DNA of 63,512 nt, the filler included, from an uncultured Synergistales bacterium (GTDB lineage Bacteria > Synergistota > Synergistia > Synergistales > Aminobacteriaceae), in assembly GCA_937897575.1 (NCBI GenBank). It is 5 parts of 5 records of this genome, joined end to end, with 100 filler letters (N's around TTAATTAATTAA, not from the genome) between each part and the next. Parts side by side here need not be neighbours in the genome. Positions count along the whole stretch, not along the records: positions 21,837 to 35,584 come from CALCQG010000080.1; positions 35,685 to 63,512 come from CALCQG010000082.1; 3 more parts are not named here. One strand, written 5' to 3'. Shown here in pieces: positions 31,658-42,952 of the stretch. Below the pieces are notes generated by a model. That model saw only the letters and a program-made list of their open reading frames with translations, did no database searches and was not told the DNA's origin. Position numbers and translations under genes: made by a program. Within the stretch, counting starts at the first letter, position 1. Every line of letters begins with the position of its first letter.

Positions 31658-32845
31658 CTAACGTTCTTCCGACGTTTCGAAGGTCCCTTTCACCAGGACC
31701 TTACCGCTCTCCATGAGGAGCCGCCCCTTGGCGACCGTGGTGCGGAGGCGGAAATCCCCGTCGAGGACGAGGAGGTCCCCGTCGCAGCCCGGGCGGAGCC
31801 GTCCCTTGCGGGGGAGCTTCAGGTGGTCCGCCACGTTGGAGGTTCCGAGGGCGATGACCGCCTCCCGTGGCAGGTCATCGGCGCGCAGAAGCTCCCCCAG
31901 GGTCTCCAGAACGGCGTCGATGGGGCCGATCCCCATGCCGGTCATCTCGCCCTTCGCGTCGAAGGTGGGCATGGAGCCGTTGCCGTCGGAGCTGAGGGTG
32001 ATGTTCCCGGGCGGGACTCCCTCGGAGAGCAGGCGGTGTACCACGGCCCCGGTGACGAGGTCGGAGCCCTGCTTTCCCTTCGAGGCCGCCGTGATGTCGA
32101 GCAGGCCGCCTCTGCGGCCGAACTCCGCGGCCTGGTCCACGAGGCGGGTGTTTCGTGCAATGTGCGTCGGCGCGAACTGGGCGATGGGGATCTCCGTTCC
32201 CTCCAGAGCCTCCAGTATGGGGCCGAGCCCCGACGTCTCACCGCCCATGTGGACGCAGACGCACCCCGCCTTGCCGGAAAGAATACCCCCGAGACGCGCG
32301 TCCGAGGCGGCGCGGCGAAGCTCCTCCACCGTCGGGTGGGAGCCCCTGTGGTCCGAAAGTGCGACCTTCAGCCCGACGACCTTGTCGATGAGGCAGAGAT
32401 CCCGCGTCACGCTCCCTGTTATGGTGACCGACGGCAGAGCGTAGCTCCCGGTGAGGATCCATGTGGAGATGCCCTCCTCCTCCAGCCCCCGGGCCTTCAT
32501 GAGGAGCTCCTCGAGACTGCGGCAGGTCCCGTCTGTCCCGAGGAGCCCCACGACGGAGGTCACCCCCGCCTTGACGAAGGAGGAGAGCTGCAAGGGCGGC
32601 GTCCGGAACGCCGGGCCGCCCTCCCCTCCCGCGCCGTTGAAGTGGACGTGTCGGTCGAAAATGCCCGGAATGACCATGTCCCCCTTCGCGTCCACCACGC
32701 GAAAGGAGTCGGCGAAGACCGGGAGGGCCTCCCGGGGCATCTCCCCCGCGGGGCGGACGGACAGGATGCGCCCTCCGGCGATGAGCAGGTCGCAGAGCCC
32801 CCGAGGGACGGGGTCGTACAGGTCGGTGTTGATGACGAGAAGCAT
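31658..32845 (-). CDS. iadA: Isoaspartyl dipeptidase (beta-aspartyl peptidase)
   Basis: PG..D.HVH..GAGGEGG, GVTSVVGLLGTDG, K.ALSDHR, SSDGNGSMP.F. Confidence 0.93.
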   Translation of the reverse strand: MLLVINTDLYDPVPRGLCDLLIAGGRILSVRPAGEMPREALPVFADSFRVVDAKGDMVIPGIFDRHVHFNGAGGEGGPAFRTPPLQLSSFVKAGVTSVVGLLGTDGTCRSLEELLMKARGLEEEGISTWILTGSYALPSVTITGSVTRDLCLIDKVVGLKVALSDHRGSHPTVEELRRAASDARLGGILSGKAGCVCVHMGGETSGLGPILEALEGTEIPIAQFAPTHIARNTRLVDQAAEFGRRGGLLDITAASKGKQGSDLVTGAVVHRLLSEGVPPGNITLSSDGNGSMPTFDAKGEMTGMGIGPIDAVLETLGELLRADDLPREAVIALGTSNVADHLKLPRKGRLRPGCDGDLLVLDGDFRLRTTVAKGRLLMESGKVLVKGTFETSEER

Positions 32846-32927
32846 GGCGTCGTCTCCTTTTCAGCGTGTTGGTTTCAGATAAAACGGCCCTGGTTCCACG
32901 AAACTCTTTCCTCTGCCCCGACGGTTT

Positions 32928-34607
32928 TCAAACCTGCGGGAGCCGCATGACGGCCCCCTCTGCGGCGGAGGTCGCGAGGCGGGAGTAGACGGCGAGGTAG
33001 CCCGTCGTCTTGGGGAGGTCGGGGCGCTTCCATTCGGCAAAGCGCCTCTCGAGCTCCTCCTCCGAGAGGTCCACCCGCAGCACGCCCCCCGGGATGTCGA
33101 CGGTGATCCGGTCTCCGTCCCGGACGACGGCGATGGGGCCGCCCTCCGCCGCCTCGGGGGAGACGTGGCCCACGAAGCAGCCGTTGTTCGTGCCGGAAAA
33201 CCGGCCGTCGGTGACGAGAGCCGTCTTCTTCGCCAGCCCCATGCCGTTGAGGTACTTCATGGCGGCGAACATCTCCCGCATGCCGGGGCCGCCCTTGGGG
33301 CCCTCGTAGCGGATGACCACCACGGTCCCCTCCTGGATCTCACCCGCCAGGATGGTCTCGTTGGCCTCCTCCTCCCTGTCGAACACCCGCGCGCGTCCCG
33401 TGAAGACGAGCATGGAGGGGTCGATGGCCGACGGCTTCGTGACGGCCGTCTTCGGCGCGAGGTTGCCCCGGAGCACGGCGAGGCCGAGATCCTTGCTGAA
33501 GGGGTCGGAGAGGGGGCGGATCATATCCCTGTTCTCGCCATAGCGCTCCACGTGCAGGTCGAGGTTCTCTCCCACCGTTTTGCCCGTCACGGTGAGGCAC
33601 TCCGTGTGCAACAGCCCCCGGAGCTCCTTCATCACCCTCGGCAGGCCGCCGGCCCGGTAGAAATCCTCCATGTCGCCGTCCGCGGCGGGGCGGATCCTGG
33701 CGATATTCGGCGTGGAGCGGCTGAACCGTTCGTAGAGGTCCATCATGTCGGCGGCCTCTATCCCCAGTTCGCCGGCGATGGCCGTGAGATGGAGCACGGC
33801 GTTCGTCGAGCCGCCCGTGGCCATGAGCACCCGGACGGCGTTCTCCAGTGCCTTCCTGTCCAGGATGGTCCGGGCCGTTATCCCCTCGTTGACGAGGTGC
33901 ACGATGGCCCTGCCCGTCTCCTCGGCAAGGCGGAGCCGTTCGGAGTAGACCGCCGGCGTTCCGGCCCCGTCAGGGACGGTCATCCCCAGGGCCTCGGAGA
34001 GGGCGCACATGGTGTTCGCCGTGGCTATCATGGAGCAGGAGCCGCAGGTGGGGCTGCACAGCCCCTCGAGGTTCCGGAGCTCCGCCTCGTCGATGAACCC
34101 CTTTTTCAGCATGCCGACGGCCTCGGATGCCGTCGTGGTGTCGGACTTCCTTCCCCGGAAGTGCACGCCCCCGAGCATGGGGCCCCCTGGGAGGAGGATG
34201 GCCGGGATGTCCAGGCGCGCTGCGGCCATGAGCATGCCCGGCACGATCTTGTCGCAGGAGCCGAGCAGCACGATGCCGTCCAGGGCGTGGGCCCGGGCCA
34301 TGACCTCGATGTCGTTCGCGATGAGCTCACGGGAGGGCAGGATGTACTTCATCCCATCGTGCGCCTCGGCGATGCCGTCGCAAGCGGCGATGACCCCGAA
34401 CTCCGCCACGGCGCCGCCGGAGCGGTAAATCCCCTTCCGGACGTAATCGGCCACCTGACGCAGGTTGAAGTGGCCGGGGACGAGTTCGTTCCATGAGTTC
34501 GCTATGCCGATGATCGGTCCGCGGAGGTCGGCGTCGGAGTACCCCATGGCCTTGAACAGGGTCCTGTGCCCGATCTCCTTTGTCACGCGTCCGCTTCGTC
34601 TCTCCAT
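32928..34607 (-). CDS. ilvD: IlvD/Edd-family dehydratase
   Basis: [50 protein letters not shown]. Confidence 0.93.
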   Translation of the reverse strand: MERRSGRVTKEIGHRTLFKAMGYSDADLRGPIIGIANSWNELVPGHFNLRQVADYVRKGIYRSGGAVAEFGVIAACDGIAEAHDGMKYILPSRELIANDIEVMARAHALDGIVLLGSCDKIVPGMLMAAARLDIPAILLPGGPMLGGVHFRGRKSDTTTASEAVGMLKKGFIDEAELRNLEGLCSPTCGSCSMIATANTMCALSEALGMTVPDGAGTPAVYSERLRLAEETGRAIVHLVNEGITARTILDRKALENAVRVLMATGGSTNAVLHLTAIAGELGIEAADMMDLYERFSRSTPNIARIRPAADGDMEDFYRAGGLPRVMKELRGLLHTECLTVTGKTVGENLDLHVERYGENRDMIRPLSDPFSKDLGLAVLRGNLAPKTAVTKPSAIDPSMLVFTGRARVFDREEEANETILAGEIQEGTVVVIRYEGPKGGPGMREMFAAMKYLNGMGLAKKTALVTDGRFSGTNNGCFVGHVSPEAAEGGPIAVVRDGDRITVDIPGGVLRVDLSEEELERRFAEWKRPDLPKTTGYLAVYSRLATSAAEGAVMRLPQV

Positions 34608-34730
34608 ACCAATTCTCCCCCTTCGGTCTGTTCTGCTCCCCTAGACTTTATAATAGTATAAAAAGCCTCGGAGCGCCCTCTCGTCCTTTCGGGTCGGGCG
34701 CCGGACGCTCCGGAGCGGGGAGGGAACGCC

Positions 34731-35423
34731 ATGAATTTCAGCGAACGGAGCCACGCCTTTATCGCGGCGCGATTCTACGTCCGGTTGACGGAAACCTTCG
34801 GCGAGCAGGGACGACGGGCCTTCATCCACGCCACCCAGTACTACGCCGGGCAGCGGGGGCGGCGGATGGCCCAACGGGCGATCCGCGACGGGAAGGAGCT
34901 GACCTTCGAGACCTATCAGCAGTACGGCGAGTGGGTGAGCACCCCCGAGTCGGTCGAGGGCGAATGCTCCAACCTCACGGAGATCGCCTCCTACGCCCCG
35001 GACTGCACCCTTCGCATCTCCCGCTGCCCCTGGCACGCCCAGTTCAAGGCCATGGGGCTCGTCGAGGCGGGGATCGAGTACTGCCGCCATCTGGACAGCG
35101 CCATCTGCCGCGGCTTCAACCCGTACCTCGTCTACGACGTGCCGCAGACGCTCCACGAGTCGGACTGCTGCATCCAGATCCTGCGCGGGGCGAACTTCCC
35201 CGAGGGGGCCCGGTATGAGAAGAAGAGGGAGTACCTGCGCCCCTTCGACTACCACTGCGCCCACTCCTACTGGTCCTACAGCGAGGTCTTTGCCGCCGTC
35301 TTCGGCACCGAAGGGGAGCGGGTCAGCGCGCAGGTGCTGGAGGACTTCCGGGCGGAGTACGGCCCCGCGATGGCGGACAGGCTGGCCGAGTTCCGGGGTA
35401 CGAACTTCAACGTCTGCGACTGA
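34731..35423 (+). CDS. L-2-amino-thiazoline-4-carboxylic acid hydrolase-like protein
   Basis: Y..QRGRRMA, RCPW...K..G, YC..LD....GFNP....C motifs. Confidence 0.65.
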   Translation: MNFSERSHAFIAARFYVRLTETFGEQGRRAFIHATQYYAGQRGRRMAQRAIRDGKELTFETYQQYGEWVSTPESVEGECSNLTEIASYAPDCTLRISRCPWHAQFKAMGLVEAGIEYCRHLDSAICRGFNPYLVYDVPQTLHESDCCIQILRGANFPEGARYEKKREYLRPFDYHCAHSYWSYSEVFAAVFGTEGERVSAQVLEDFRAEYGPAMADRLAEFRGTNFNVCD

Positions 35424-35684
35424 GGCCGCTCTTGCCCGCGGCCACTCTTCGTGGTAGAAAGAGTCTCAAGGAAGACGTCACCGACGGACGGAGCTGATCC
35501 CCTTGTCCATTGCCAACAAGACGCTCGAGTACTGGATACTGCACACTCTCAGCCGGGAGGACTGCGCCAGAGGAGCGGGCAGCCNNNNNNNNNNNNNNNN
35601 NNNNNNNNNNNNNNNNNNNNNNNNNNNNTTAATTAATTAANNNNNNNNNNNNNNNNNNNNNNNNNNNNNNNNNNNNNNNNNNNN

Positions 35685-38024
35685 CATAAGGGCGCGGTTG
35701 TCCGCGACGACGGCGGCGAGGGGGGCGTCGGAGGCGACCTGGATGACGGCCCTGCCCACCGTTGTCTGGGGTTGGACCCTGGCCTCGGCCCGGAGGTTTC
35801 TCAGGATTCGGACCGCCTCCTGGAGCAGGGCCATCCGTTCGAGGGCGTCGGGGAAGAGGGGTGCGGAGCCCTTCGTAGGCCAGTCGTTCCTCTCGATCGA
35901 GTCGCCGCCGAAATCGAAGGTGTGCCACAGCTCCTCCGTCACGAAGGGGACGAAGGGGTGCAGCATGAGCAGCGTGTCTCTCAGCACGGAGGAGAGCACC
36001 GCCCGGGTTGCGTTCCGGCGCTCCTCGCCCTCCTCGCCTCGGAGGGCCGGCTTCGCGAGCTCGAGGTACCAGTCGCAGAGGTCCCCCCACACGAAGTCGT
36101 AGAGCGTCCGCGCCGCCTCGCCGATGCCGAAGGATTCGAGCAGTCGCGCCACATCGTCGGCGACGGAGGCTGTTTTCGTCACGATCCACTGGTCGTGGAG
36201 CGCGAGGGGGGACTGCTCCGTCAGGGGTGCCGGAGGCTCCCCGTCGAGGTACATGAGGGCGAAGCGGCTGGCGTTCCACAGCTTGTTCATGAAGAGCCGG
36301 TAGGTCTCGATCTTGCTCGTGCTCAGCAGGATGTCCCGCCCCTGGACCGTCAGGGCGGCCAGGGTCATGCGCAGGGCGTCGGCCCCGTACTGGTCGATCA
36401 TGTCCAGCGGGTCGATGACGTTGCCGCTGGACTTGCTCATCTTCTGCCCCTTCTCGTCCCGGATGAGGGCGTGGATGTACACGTCCCGGAAGGGGACGTC
36501 CTCCATGCACTCAAGCCCCATCATGATCATCCGCGCAACCCAGAAGAAGATGATGTCGAACCCCGTCACCATGACGGAGGTGGGATAGAAGTAGGCCAGG
36601 TCCTCCGTCTCGTCGGGCCACCCAAGGGTGGAAAAGGGCCACAGGGCGCTGCTGAACCAGGTGTCGAGCACGTCCTCGTCCTGGACGATCTTTGTCGAAC
36701 CGCAGTGCTCGCAGGCCGCAGGGTCCGTCTCGGATACGGTGAGGGAACCGCACTCTGAGCAGGTCCACGCGGGGATTCTGTGCCCCCACCAGAGCTGCCG
36801 CGAGATGCACCAGTCCCGGATGTTCTCCATCCACTGGTAGTACACCTTCTCCCAGGACTCGGGGGTCCATGCGATCTTCCCCTCCTCCACGGCCCGGACG
36901 CCGGCCTCGGCCAGAGGCTTTGCCCGGACGAACCACTGTTCGGAGAGGTAGGGTTCCACGGAGGTGGAGCACCGGTAGCACCGGCCCACGGAGTGGGCGA
37001 TCTCTTCGACCCGTTCGAGGGCCCCCATGTCCTGAAGGTCCCGGGCCGCCTTCTCGCGGGCCTTGTCGACGGTGAGCCCCTCGTAGCCCGGGGCGAGGCT
37101 GTTCATCAAGCCGTGCTCGTCGATGACCTGAACCTGCTCGAGGTCATGTCTCTGACCGACGAGGAAATCGTTGGGGTCGTGGGCCGGCGTGATCTTCACG
37201 CAGCCCGTGCCGAACTCCGGATCGACCATGTTGTCCTCGATGATGGGGATCTCCCGCCCGCCGAGGGGCACGCGGACCTTTCTCCCCACAAGGTGGGCCT
37301 TCTCGGAACGGGGGTGCACGGCGATGGCCACGTCGCCCCATATGGTCTCCGGCCGGGTCGTGCCGACGACGACAGCGCCGTCGCCGTCCACGAAGGGGTA
37401 CCGGACGTAGTACATCGCTCCTGTCTGGTCCTTGTGCTCCACTTCGATGTCCGAGATCGCCGTGTGGCATCGGGGGCACCAGTTGATGATGTATTTGCCC
37501 TTGTAGATGAGCCCCTTCCGGTAGAGCCGGACGAAGAGGGTGCGGACGGCCCGCGAGAGCCCCTCGTCCAGCGTGAAGCGCTCTCTGTTCCAGTCGCACG
37601 AGTTGCCGAGCTTCTTCATCTGGGTGATGATCCGGTTGCCGAACTCCTCCTTCCACGCCCAGACCCGTTGCACGAACTCCTCCCGGCCGAGGTCGTGGCG
37701 TGACTTTCCTTCGGTTGCCAGCCGCTTCTCCACCACGTTCTGCGTGGCGATCCCGGCGTGATCCGTGCCCGGGAGCCAGAGGACGTTGAAGCCCCTCATG
37801 CGCTTGTATCGGCAGAGGATATCCTGAAAGGTGTTGTTGAAGGCGTGCCCCATATGGAGGGACCCCGTCACGTTGGGGGGCGGGATGACGATGGAAAAGG
37901 CCCTGGACTTGTCCTCATCGGGTTGCGCGGAGAACAGCCCGATCTTCGTCCAGTGGGAGTACCACTTGTCCTCTATCGGTTTGGGGTCGTACGTTTTCGC
38001 CATGTTGTCCAGTTTGTCCGGCAT
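35685..38024 (-). CDS. valS: Valyl-tRNA synthetase (3' truncated by gap)
   Basis: PPPNVTGSLHMGH, DHAGIATQ, DWCISRQLWWGH, KMSKS. Confidence 0.98.
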
Positions 38025-38054
38025 GTCCTGCTCCCTCCGTGATCTCGTTGGATC

Positions 38055-38663
38055 CTATCGTTCTTCGGGGCCGTCCCCGCAGATGCTCCGTTCCAGAAAG
38101 CGCCTCAGCTCGGGGATGCCCGTTCCCTTCTCCGCCGAGGTGACGATGGGCACATCGACGGATCGAAGCCCGGAGCGGATGTACTTCTCGAGGGTCCCCC
38201 TGTGGCTTCCCTTCGTGATCTTGTCTCCCTTCGTGAAGACCACGAAGAGCGGAATTCCCAGGCCGGCGATCCAGTCCTGAAGCGTCCGGTCGTTGGCGAG
38301 CAGGCCGTGGCGAAAATCCACCAGGTGCAGCACCATAACCATATTATCCCTGCCGGTCAGATAGGAATCAATCAGGCGCGACCATGTTCTTCGCTCCTCT
38401 TTACTTCGCGAGGCGTACCCGTACCCCGGAAGGTCCACGAGCCTGAAGGCGCGGTCGTCGAACCGGACGTCGTAAAAATTCACGCTGCGCGTCTTGCCCG
38501 GCGTCCCCGCGACTTTGGCCAGGGATGTGCCGAGCAGTCCGTTGATGAGGCTCGATTTGCCCACGTTCGACCGGCCCGCCACGGCCACCTCCGCCGCCGT
38601 CCCTTGGGGGAACTGGTCGGGACGAAAGGCCGTCGCCGCCAGACGGACGGTCCACTCTCCCAT
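38055..38663 (-). CDS. engB: Ribosome biogenesis GTPase YihA/EngB
   Basis: GRSNVGKSS, PGKT, DLPGYG, TKGDK. Confidence 0.96.
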   Translation of the reverse strand: MGEWTVRLAATAFRPDQFPQGTAAEVAVAGRSNVGKSSLINGLLGTSLAKVAGTPGKTRSVNFYDVRFDDRAFRLVDLPGYGYASRSKEERRTWSRLIDSYLTGRDNMVMVLHLVDFRHGLLANDRTLQDWIAGLGIPLFVVFTKGDKITKGSHRGTLEKYIRSGLRSVDVPIVTSAEKGTGIPELRRFLERSICGDGPEER

Positions 38664-40987
38664 CAGTGCCCGGACGCCCTTTCCACGGCGAGATCGAAGA
38701 CCTCCGCGACGGTGTCCACGTAGGCGAAGGAGAGGTCCTCCCGGTAGCGCTCGGGGATCTCCTGGACGTCCGGCCTGTTCGCGCCGGGGAGGATGATGGT
38801 GCCTATTCCCTGGCGCTTCGCCGCGAGGATCTTGTCCCGGATGCCACCCACGGGGAGCACCCGCCCCTGGAGGGATATCTCACCGGTCATGGCGATGCCG
38901 GGACGGACGGGGCTGCGCCGCACGGCCGAGAGTATGGCGACGGCGATGGTGATCCCCGCCGAGGGGCCGTCCTTCGGTATGGCGCCTTCGGGGACGTGGA
39001 CGTGAACATCCCGGTCCTTCCAGCTCACCGCGCCGATGCCGAGGGCATCGGCGTTGGCCCTAAGAAAGCCGATGGCCGTCTGGGCGGACTCCTGCATGAC
39101 GGAGCCCAGGCTGCCCGTGAGGGTGACGCCGCCCTTCCCCTTCATCGAAACGGCCTCGATGACGAGGACGTCGCCGCCCGTCTCGGTCCAGGCGAGCCCC
39201 ACGGCCGTCCCGATCTCCGGCATCCTGGGCAGGTGCAGGTCGTATTCCCTGGGGGGGCCGAGATAGTCCTTCAGGTCCTTGACGCCGACGGAGAAGTCCG
39301 GGCTCGTCCCCTCGGTCACCATGCGCCGCGTGATCTTCCTGCAGATCGTGGCCAGTTCGCGTTCGAGGGCCCGCACGCCCGCCTCGCGCGTGTACTCGCC
39401 GATGATCCTCTCGAGGGCCTTCGTCGTCACCCGAATCTGCTTCGCACCCAGGCCGTGCTCATAGAAGAGCCTCGGAAGGAGGTGCTTTCTGGCGATCTGG
39501 ATCTTCTCCTGCCAGAGATATCCGGGCAGCCGGATGATCTCCATCCTGTCCGTCAGGGGTTTGGGGATGGAGTGCGTCACGTTCGCCGTGGTGATGAAGA
39601 TCACGTCGCTGAGGTCGAAGGGGACCTCGAGGAAGTGGTCCGTGAAGGCGCCGTTCTGCTCCGGGTCCAGGACCTCGAGCAGTGCGGCCGCCGGATCGCC
39701 CCGAAAATCGGAGCCCATCTTGTCCACCTCGTCCATGAGGAGCACCGGGTTCCGCGTCCCCGCCTGGCGTATCTTCTGGACGATCCGCCCGGGCATGGCC
39801 CCCACGTACGTCCTTCTGTGCCCGCGGATTTCAGCCTCGTCCCGCATGCCGCCCAGGGAGATGTTCACGAACTTTCGTCCCAGGGCCCGCGCTATGGATT
39901 TGCCGAGGGAGGTCTTCCCCACGCCCGGAGGGCCGACGAAGCAGAGGACCTGCCCCTTCATCCTGTGGGACGCCACCTTCCGGACGGCAAGGTACTCCAC
40001 GATCCTTTCCTTCACCTTGTCGAGGCCGTAATGGTCGGCGTCGAGAATGGCCTGAGCCCGCTTCAGGTCGAAGTCGTCGGGCGTCGCCTCGTTCCACGGA
40101 AGGGCGACGAGCCAGTCGATGTAGGTGCGGACCACCGTCGCCTCGGCGGACATCCCTGGCATCTTCTCGAGGCGTTCCAGCTCGTGCAGTGCCTTGGCCC
40201 TGGGGATCTCGGGCATGGTCGCATCGTCTATCTTCTTGCGGATCTCCTCCGTCTCCGAGGGTGCTCCGCCCTGTCCCAGCTCGTCCTGGATGACCTTGAG
40301 CTGTTCGCGGAGGTAGTACTCCTTATGCCCCCGCTCGACCTGCTGCCGGACCTTATCCTGTATGTCGTGCTCCAGCTGGAGTATTTCGATCTCCTCGAGG
40401 AGGAACTTGAGGAGCAGCTTGAAGCCATGCTCCAGGTCCGTCATCTCGAGCAGCCGCTGCTTCTTCTCCACCTTGACGGCGAGGTGTGAGCTCACCAGGT
40501 TGTATATCTGGCGCGGGTCGTCCACGTTCATCACGGTGATGAGGACCTCGCTCGGGATCCTCGGGTGGAGCGTCACGTACTTTTCGAACTGCTCGAGGAC
40601 GCTCCGCCGGAGCGGCTCGAGGTTGGGGGTCCCCTTCTCCTCCCACAGGACGGGCTCGAATTCGATCTGGAACGTCTCCTGCTCCTTGCCGTACTGCCCG
40701 GCCCGGCCCCGCTCCGTTCCCTCGATGAGGACCTTCGTCGTCCCGTCGGGAATGCGGACCATCTGAAGGATCGTGCAGAGGGTCCCCACGGAGTGCAGGT
40801 CCTCCACCGCCGGGTCGTCCACCTGCATCTCCCTCTGGGCCACGACGAAGATCGTCCGGTCCTGCAGCATGGCCATCTCGATGGCCTTGAGGGACCGGGG
40901 CCGCCCCACGAAAAGAGGCGCGATGATCCCCGGGAAGACGACCATGTCCCGGACGGGGAGCACGTACTTCCGCCGAGTGGGCTCCAT
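38663..40987 (-). CDS. lon: Lon protease
   Basis: [27 protein letters not shown]. Confidence 0.98.
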   Translation of the reverse strand: MEPTRRKYVLPVRDMVVFPGIIAPLFVGRPRSLKAIEMAMLQDRTIFVVAQREMQVDDPAVEDLHSVGTLCTILQMVRIPDGTTKVLIEGTERGRAGQYGKEQETFQIEFEPVLWEEKGTPNLEPLRRSVLEQFEKYVTLHPRIPSEVLITVMNVDDPRQIYNLVSSHLAVKVEKKQRLLEMTDLEHGFKLLLKFLLEEIEILQLEHDIQDKVRQQVERGHKEYYLREQLKVIQDELGQGGAPSETEEIRKKIDDATMPEIPRAKALHELERLEKMPGMSAEATVVRTYIDWLVALPWNEATPDDFDLKRAQAILDADHYGLDKVKERIVEYLAVRKVASHRMKGQVLCFVGPPGVGKTSLGKSIARALGRKFVNISLGGMRDEAEIRGHRRTYVGAMPGRIVQKIRQAGTRNPVLLMDEVDKMGSDFRGDPAAALLEVLDPEQNGAFTDHFLEVPFDLSDVIFITTANVTHSIPKPLTDRMEIIRLPGYLWQEKIQIARKHLLPRLFYEHGLGAKQIRVTTKALERIIGEYTREAGVRALERELATICRKITRRMVTEGTSPDFSVGVKDLKDYLGPPREYDLHLPRMPEIGTAVGLAWTETGGDVLVIEAVSMKGKGGVTLTGSLGSVMQESAQTAIGFLRANADALGIGAVSWKDRDVHVHVPEGAIPKDGPSAGITIAVAILSAVRRSPVRPGIAMTGEISLQGRVLPVGGIRDKILAAKRQGIGTIILPGANRPDVQEIPERYREDLSFAYVDTVAEVFDLAVERASGH

Positions 40988-40990
40988 GGT

Positions 40991-42271
40991 TCAGGCCACC
41001 TCCTCGGATCCTCCGGGAACTTCCCGGAGAGGGGCGCCGTCCAGGACGCTTTCGCTGGTGACGATCATTTTTTTAATGCTCCCGTCCTTCGAGGGCAGTT
41101 CGTACATGGCCTCCATGAGTAGCCCCTCGAGGATGGACCGGAGCCCTCTCGCCCCCGTGCCCTTCTTGTCGGCCAGGGTTGCGATGGCGGTGAGCGCATC
41201 GGGCGTGAACTCCAGGGCGACATCCTCCATGGAGAACATCTTCTGATACTGGCGGACGAGGGCGTTTTTAGGCTCCGTGAGAATCCGCACAAGAGCGTGG
41301 ACATCGAGCCCCTCGAGAGGGACGATGACGGGGATGCGCCCCACCAGCTCGGGAATGAAGCCGAACTTGATGAGGTCCTCGGGCTGGATCTGCCGCATGA
41401 TGTCGTAGCGGCCCTTGGCGTGTTTGCTCACGATGTTGCCGCCGAAGCCCATGAGCTGCACGTCCACCCGGCGGCTGATGACGTCCTCTATGCCGTCGAA
41501 GGCGCCTCCGCAGATGAAGAGGATGTTGGACGTGTCCATCTGGATGAAGTCCTGATGGGGGTGCTTCCTGCCCCCCTTGGGGGGCACGTTGGACAGGGTG
41601 CCCTCGAGGATCTTGAGGAGCGCCTGCTGGACGCCCTCCCCCGAGACGTCCCGTGTTATGGACGCCGACTCGGACTTCCTGGATATCTTGTCGATCTCGT
41701 CGATATAGATGATCCCTCTCTGGGCGGCCTCAAGGTCGTAGTCCGCGGCCTGCAGCAGACGGACCAGGATGTTCTCCACATCCTCGCCGACGTAGCCCGC
41801 CTCGGTGAGCGTCGTGGCGTCGGCCATGGCGAAGGGGACGTTCAGCTTCTTCGCGAGGGTCTGGGCGATGAGGGTCTTGCCGCTCCCCGTCGGGCCGAGC
41901 AGAAGGATGTTGCTCTTCTGGAGCTCCACGTCCCTATCGTCGCCGATGAGGTGACGCACCCTCTTGTAGTGGTTGTAGACCGCCACGGACACGCTTTTCT
42001 TCGCCCACTCCTGTCCGATGACATACTGGTCCAGATGGCTCTTTATCTCCTTCGGCGTCGAGAAGTCGTCCTGAGGAGAGAACTCCCTGCCGGGCTTCTC
42101 TTCCTCGGCCGGTTCGTCAAGAATGAGGGCGCAGAGATGGACGCACTCGTCGCAGATATAGACGCCCGGCCCTGCGATGAGTTTCTGGACCTCGTCCTGC
42201 CCCTTTCCGCAGAAGGAGCACTTTGCCGTGTCCTTGCCGCCTTTGTTTCCCCGAGTATCGGATGTGAACAT
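40991..42271 (-). CDS. clpX: ATP-dependent Clp protease ATPase subunit
   Basis: CSFCGK...CDEC zinc finger, [18 protein letters not shown]. Confidence 0.98.
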   Translation of the reverse strand: MFTSDTRGNKGGKDTAKCSFCGKGQDEVQKLIAGPGVYICDECVHLCALILDEPAEEEKPGREFSPQDDFSTPKEIKSHLDQYVIGQEWAKKSVSVAVYNHYKRVRHLIGDDRDVELQKSNILLLGPTGSGKTLIAQTLAKKLNVPFAMADATTLTEAGYVGEDVENILVRLLQAADYDLEAAQRGIIYIDEIDKISRKSESASITRDVSGEGVQQALLKILEGTLSNVPPKGGRKHPHQDFIQMDTSNILFICGGAFDGIEDVISRRVDVQLMGFGGNIVSKHAKGRYDIMRQIQPEDLIKFGFIPELVGRIPVIVPLEGLDVHALVRILTEPKNALVRQYQKMFSMEDVALEFTPDALTAIATLADKKGTGARGLRSILEGLLMEAMYELPSKDGSIKKMIVTSESVLDGAPLREVPGGSEEVA

Positions 42272-42364
42272 ACTGCGTCCTCCTTGAACTGTCGTACAGG
42301 ATAGAACAAGGGAGCTCCTCGCGGGCTCCCTCGAAGTCCCCCTTGAAAAGGCGGAGTATGGACG

Positions 42365-42952
42365 CTACCGCGTGTGGATCACCCTGTCGATGATCCCGTA
42401 CTCGACGGCTTCCTCCGGGGACATGAAGTAGTCCCTTTCCGTGTCGGCCTTAATTTTTCTCTTCGGCCGCCCCGTATGCTGCACCAGTATATCATTGAGG
42501 CGGTCCCGAAGTTTCAGAATCTCTCGGGCGTGGATCTCGACCTCCGTGGCCTGGCCCTGGGCTCCGCCGAGGGGCTGGTGGATCATCACGCGCGCGTTCG
42601 GAAGGGCCATTCTCTTGCCCTTCGTCCCCCCCGCCAGGAGTATGGCCGCCATGCTGGCAGCCTGTCCGATGCAGATGGTCGACACGGGGCACTTGATGTA
42701 CTGCATGGTGTCGTAGATCGCGAGCCCCGCCGAGACGTAGCCGCCCGGGCTGTTGATGTAGAGGCTGATGTCCTTGTCAGGGTCCTCGCTCTCGAGAAAG
42801 AGCATCTGGGCGACGACTATGTTGCCCGTGTGCTCGTCTATCCCCTCGCCGAGAAAGATGATCCTGTCCTTGAGGAGTCGGCTGTAGATGTCATAGGTCC
42901 TCTCCCCTCTGCCCGTCTGTTCCACCACATAGGGTATCAGCATGTTATGCAT
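42365..42952 (-). CDS. clpP: Clp protease proteolytic subunit
   Basis: [29 protein letters not shown]. Confidence 0.98.
   Translation of the reverse strand: MHNMLIPYVVEQTGRGERTYDIYSRLLKDRIIFLGEGIDEHTGNIVVAQMLFLESEDPDKDISLYINSPGGYVSAGLAIYDTMQYIKCPVSTICIGQAASMAAILLAGGTKGKRMALPNARVMIHQPLGGAQGQATEVEIHAREILKLRDRLNDILVQHTGRPKRKIKADTERDYFMSPEEAVEYGIIDRVIHTR

Larger units (their letters stand above)
25592..31736. mobile_element. Genomic island inserted in the iadA 3' end (no integrase encoded)
   Basis: 61-bp imperfect direct repeats at both ends; interior clearly more AT-rich than flanks. Confidence 0.85.

Noticed and set aside
35424..35584. Contig-end sequence after the ATC-hydrolase-like gene
   Set aside because: Too short and truncated to assign
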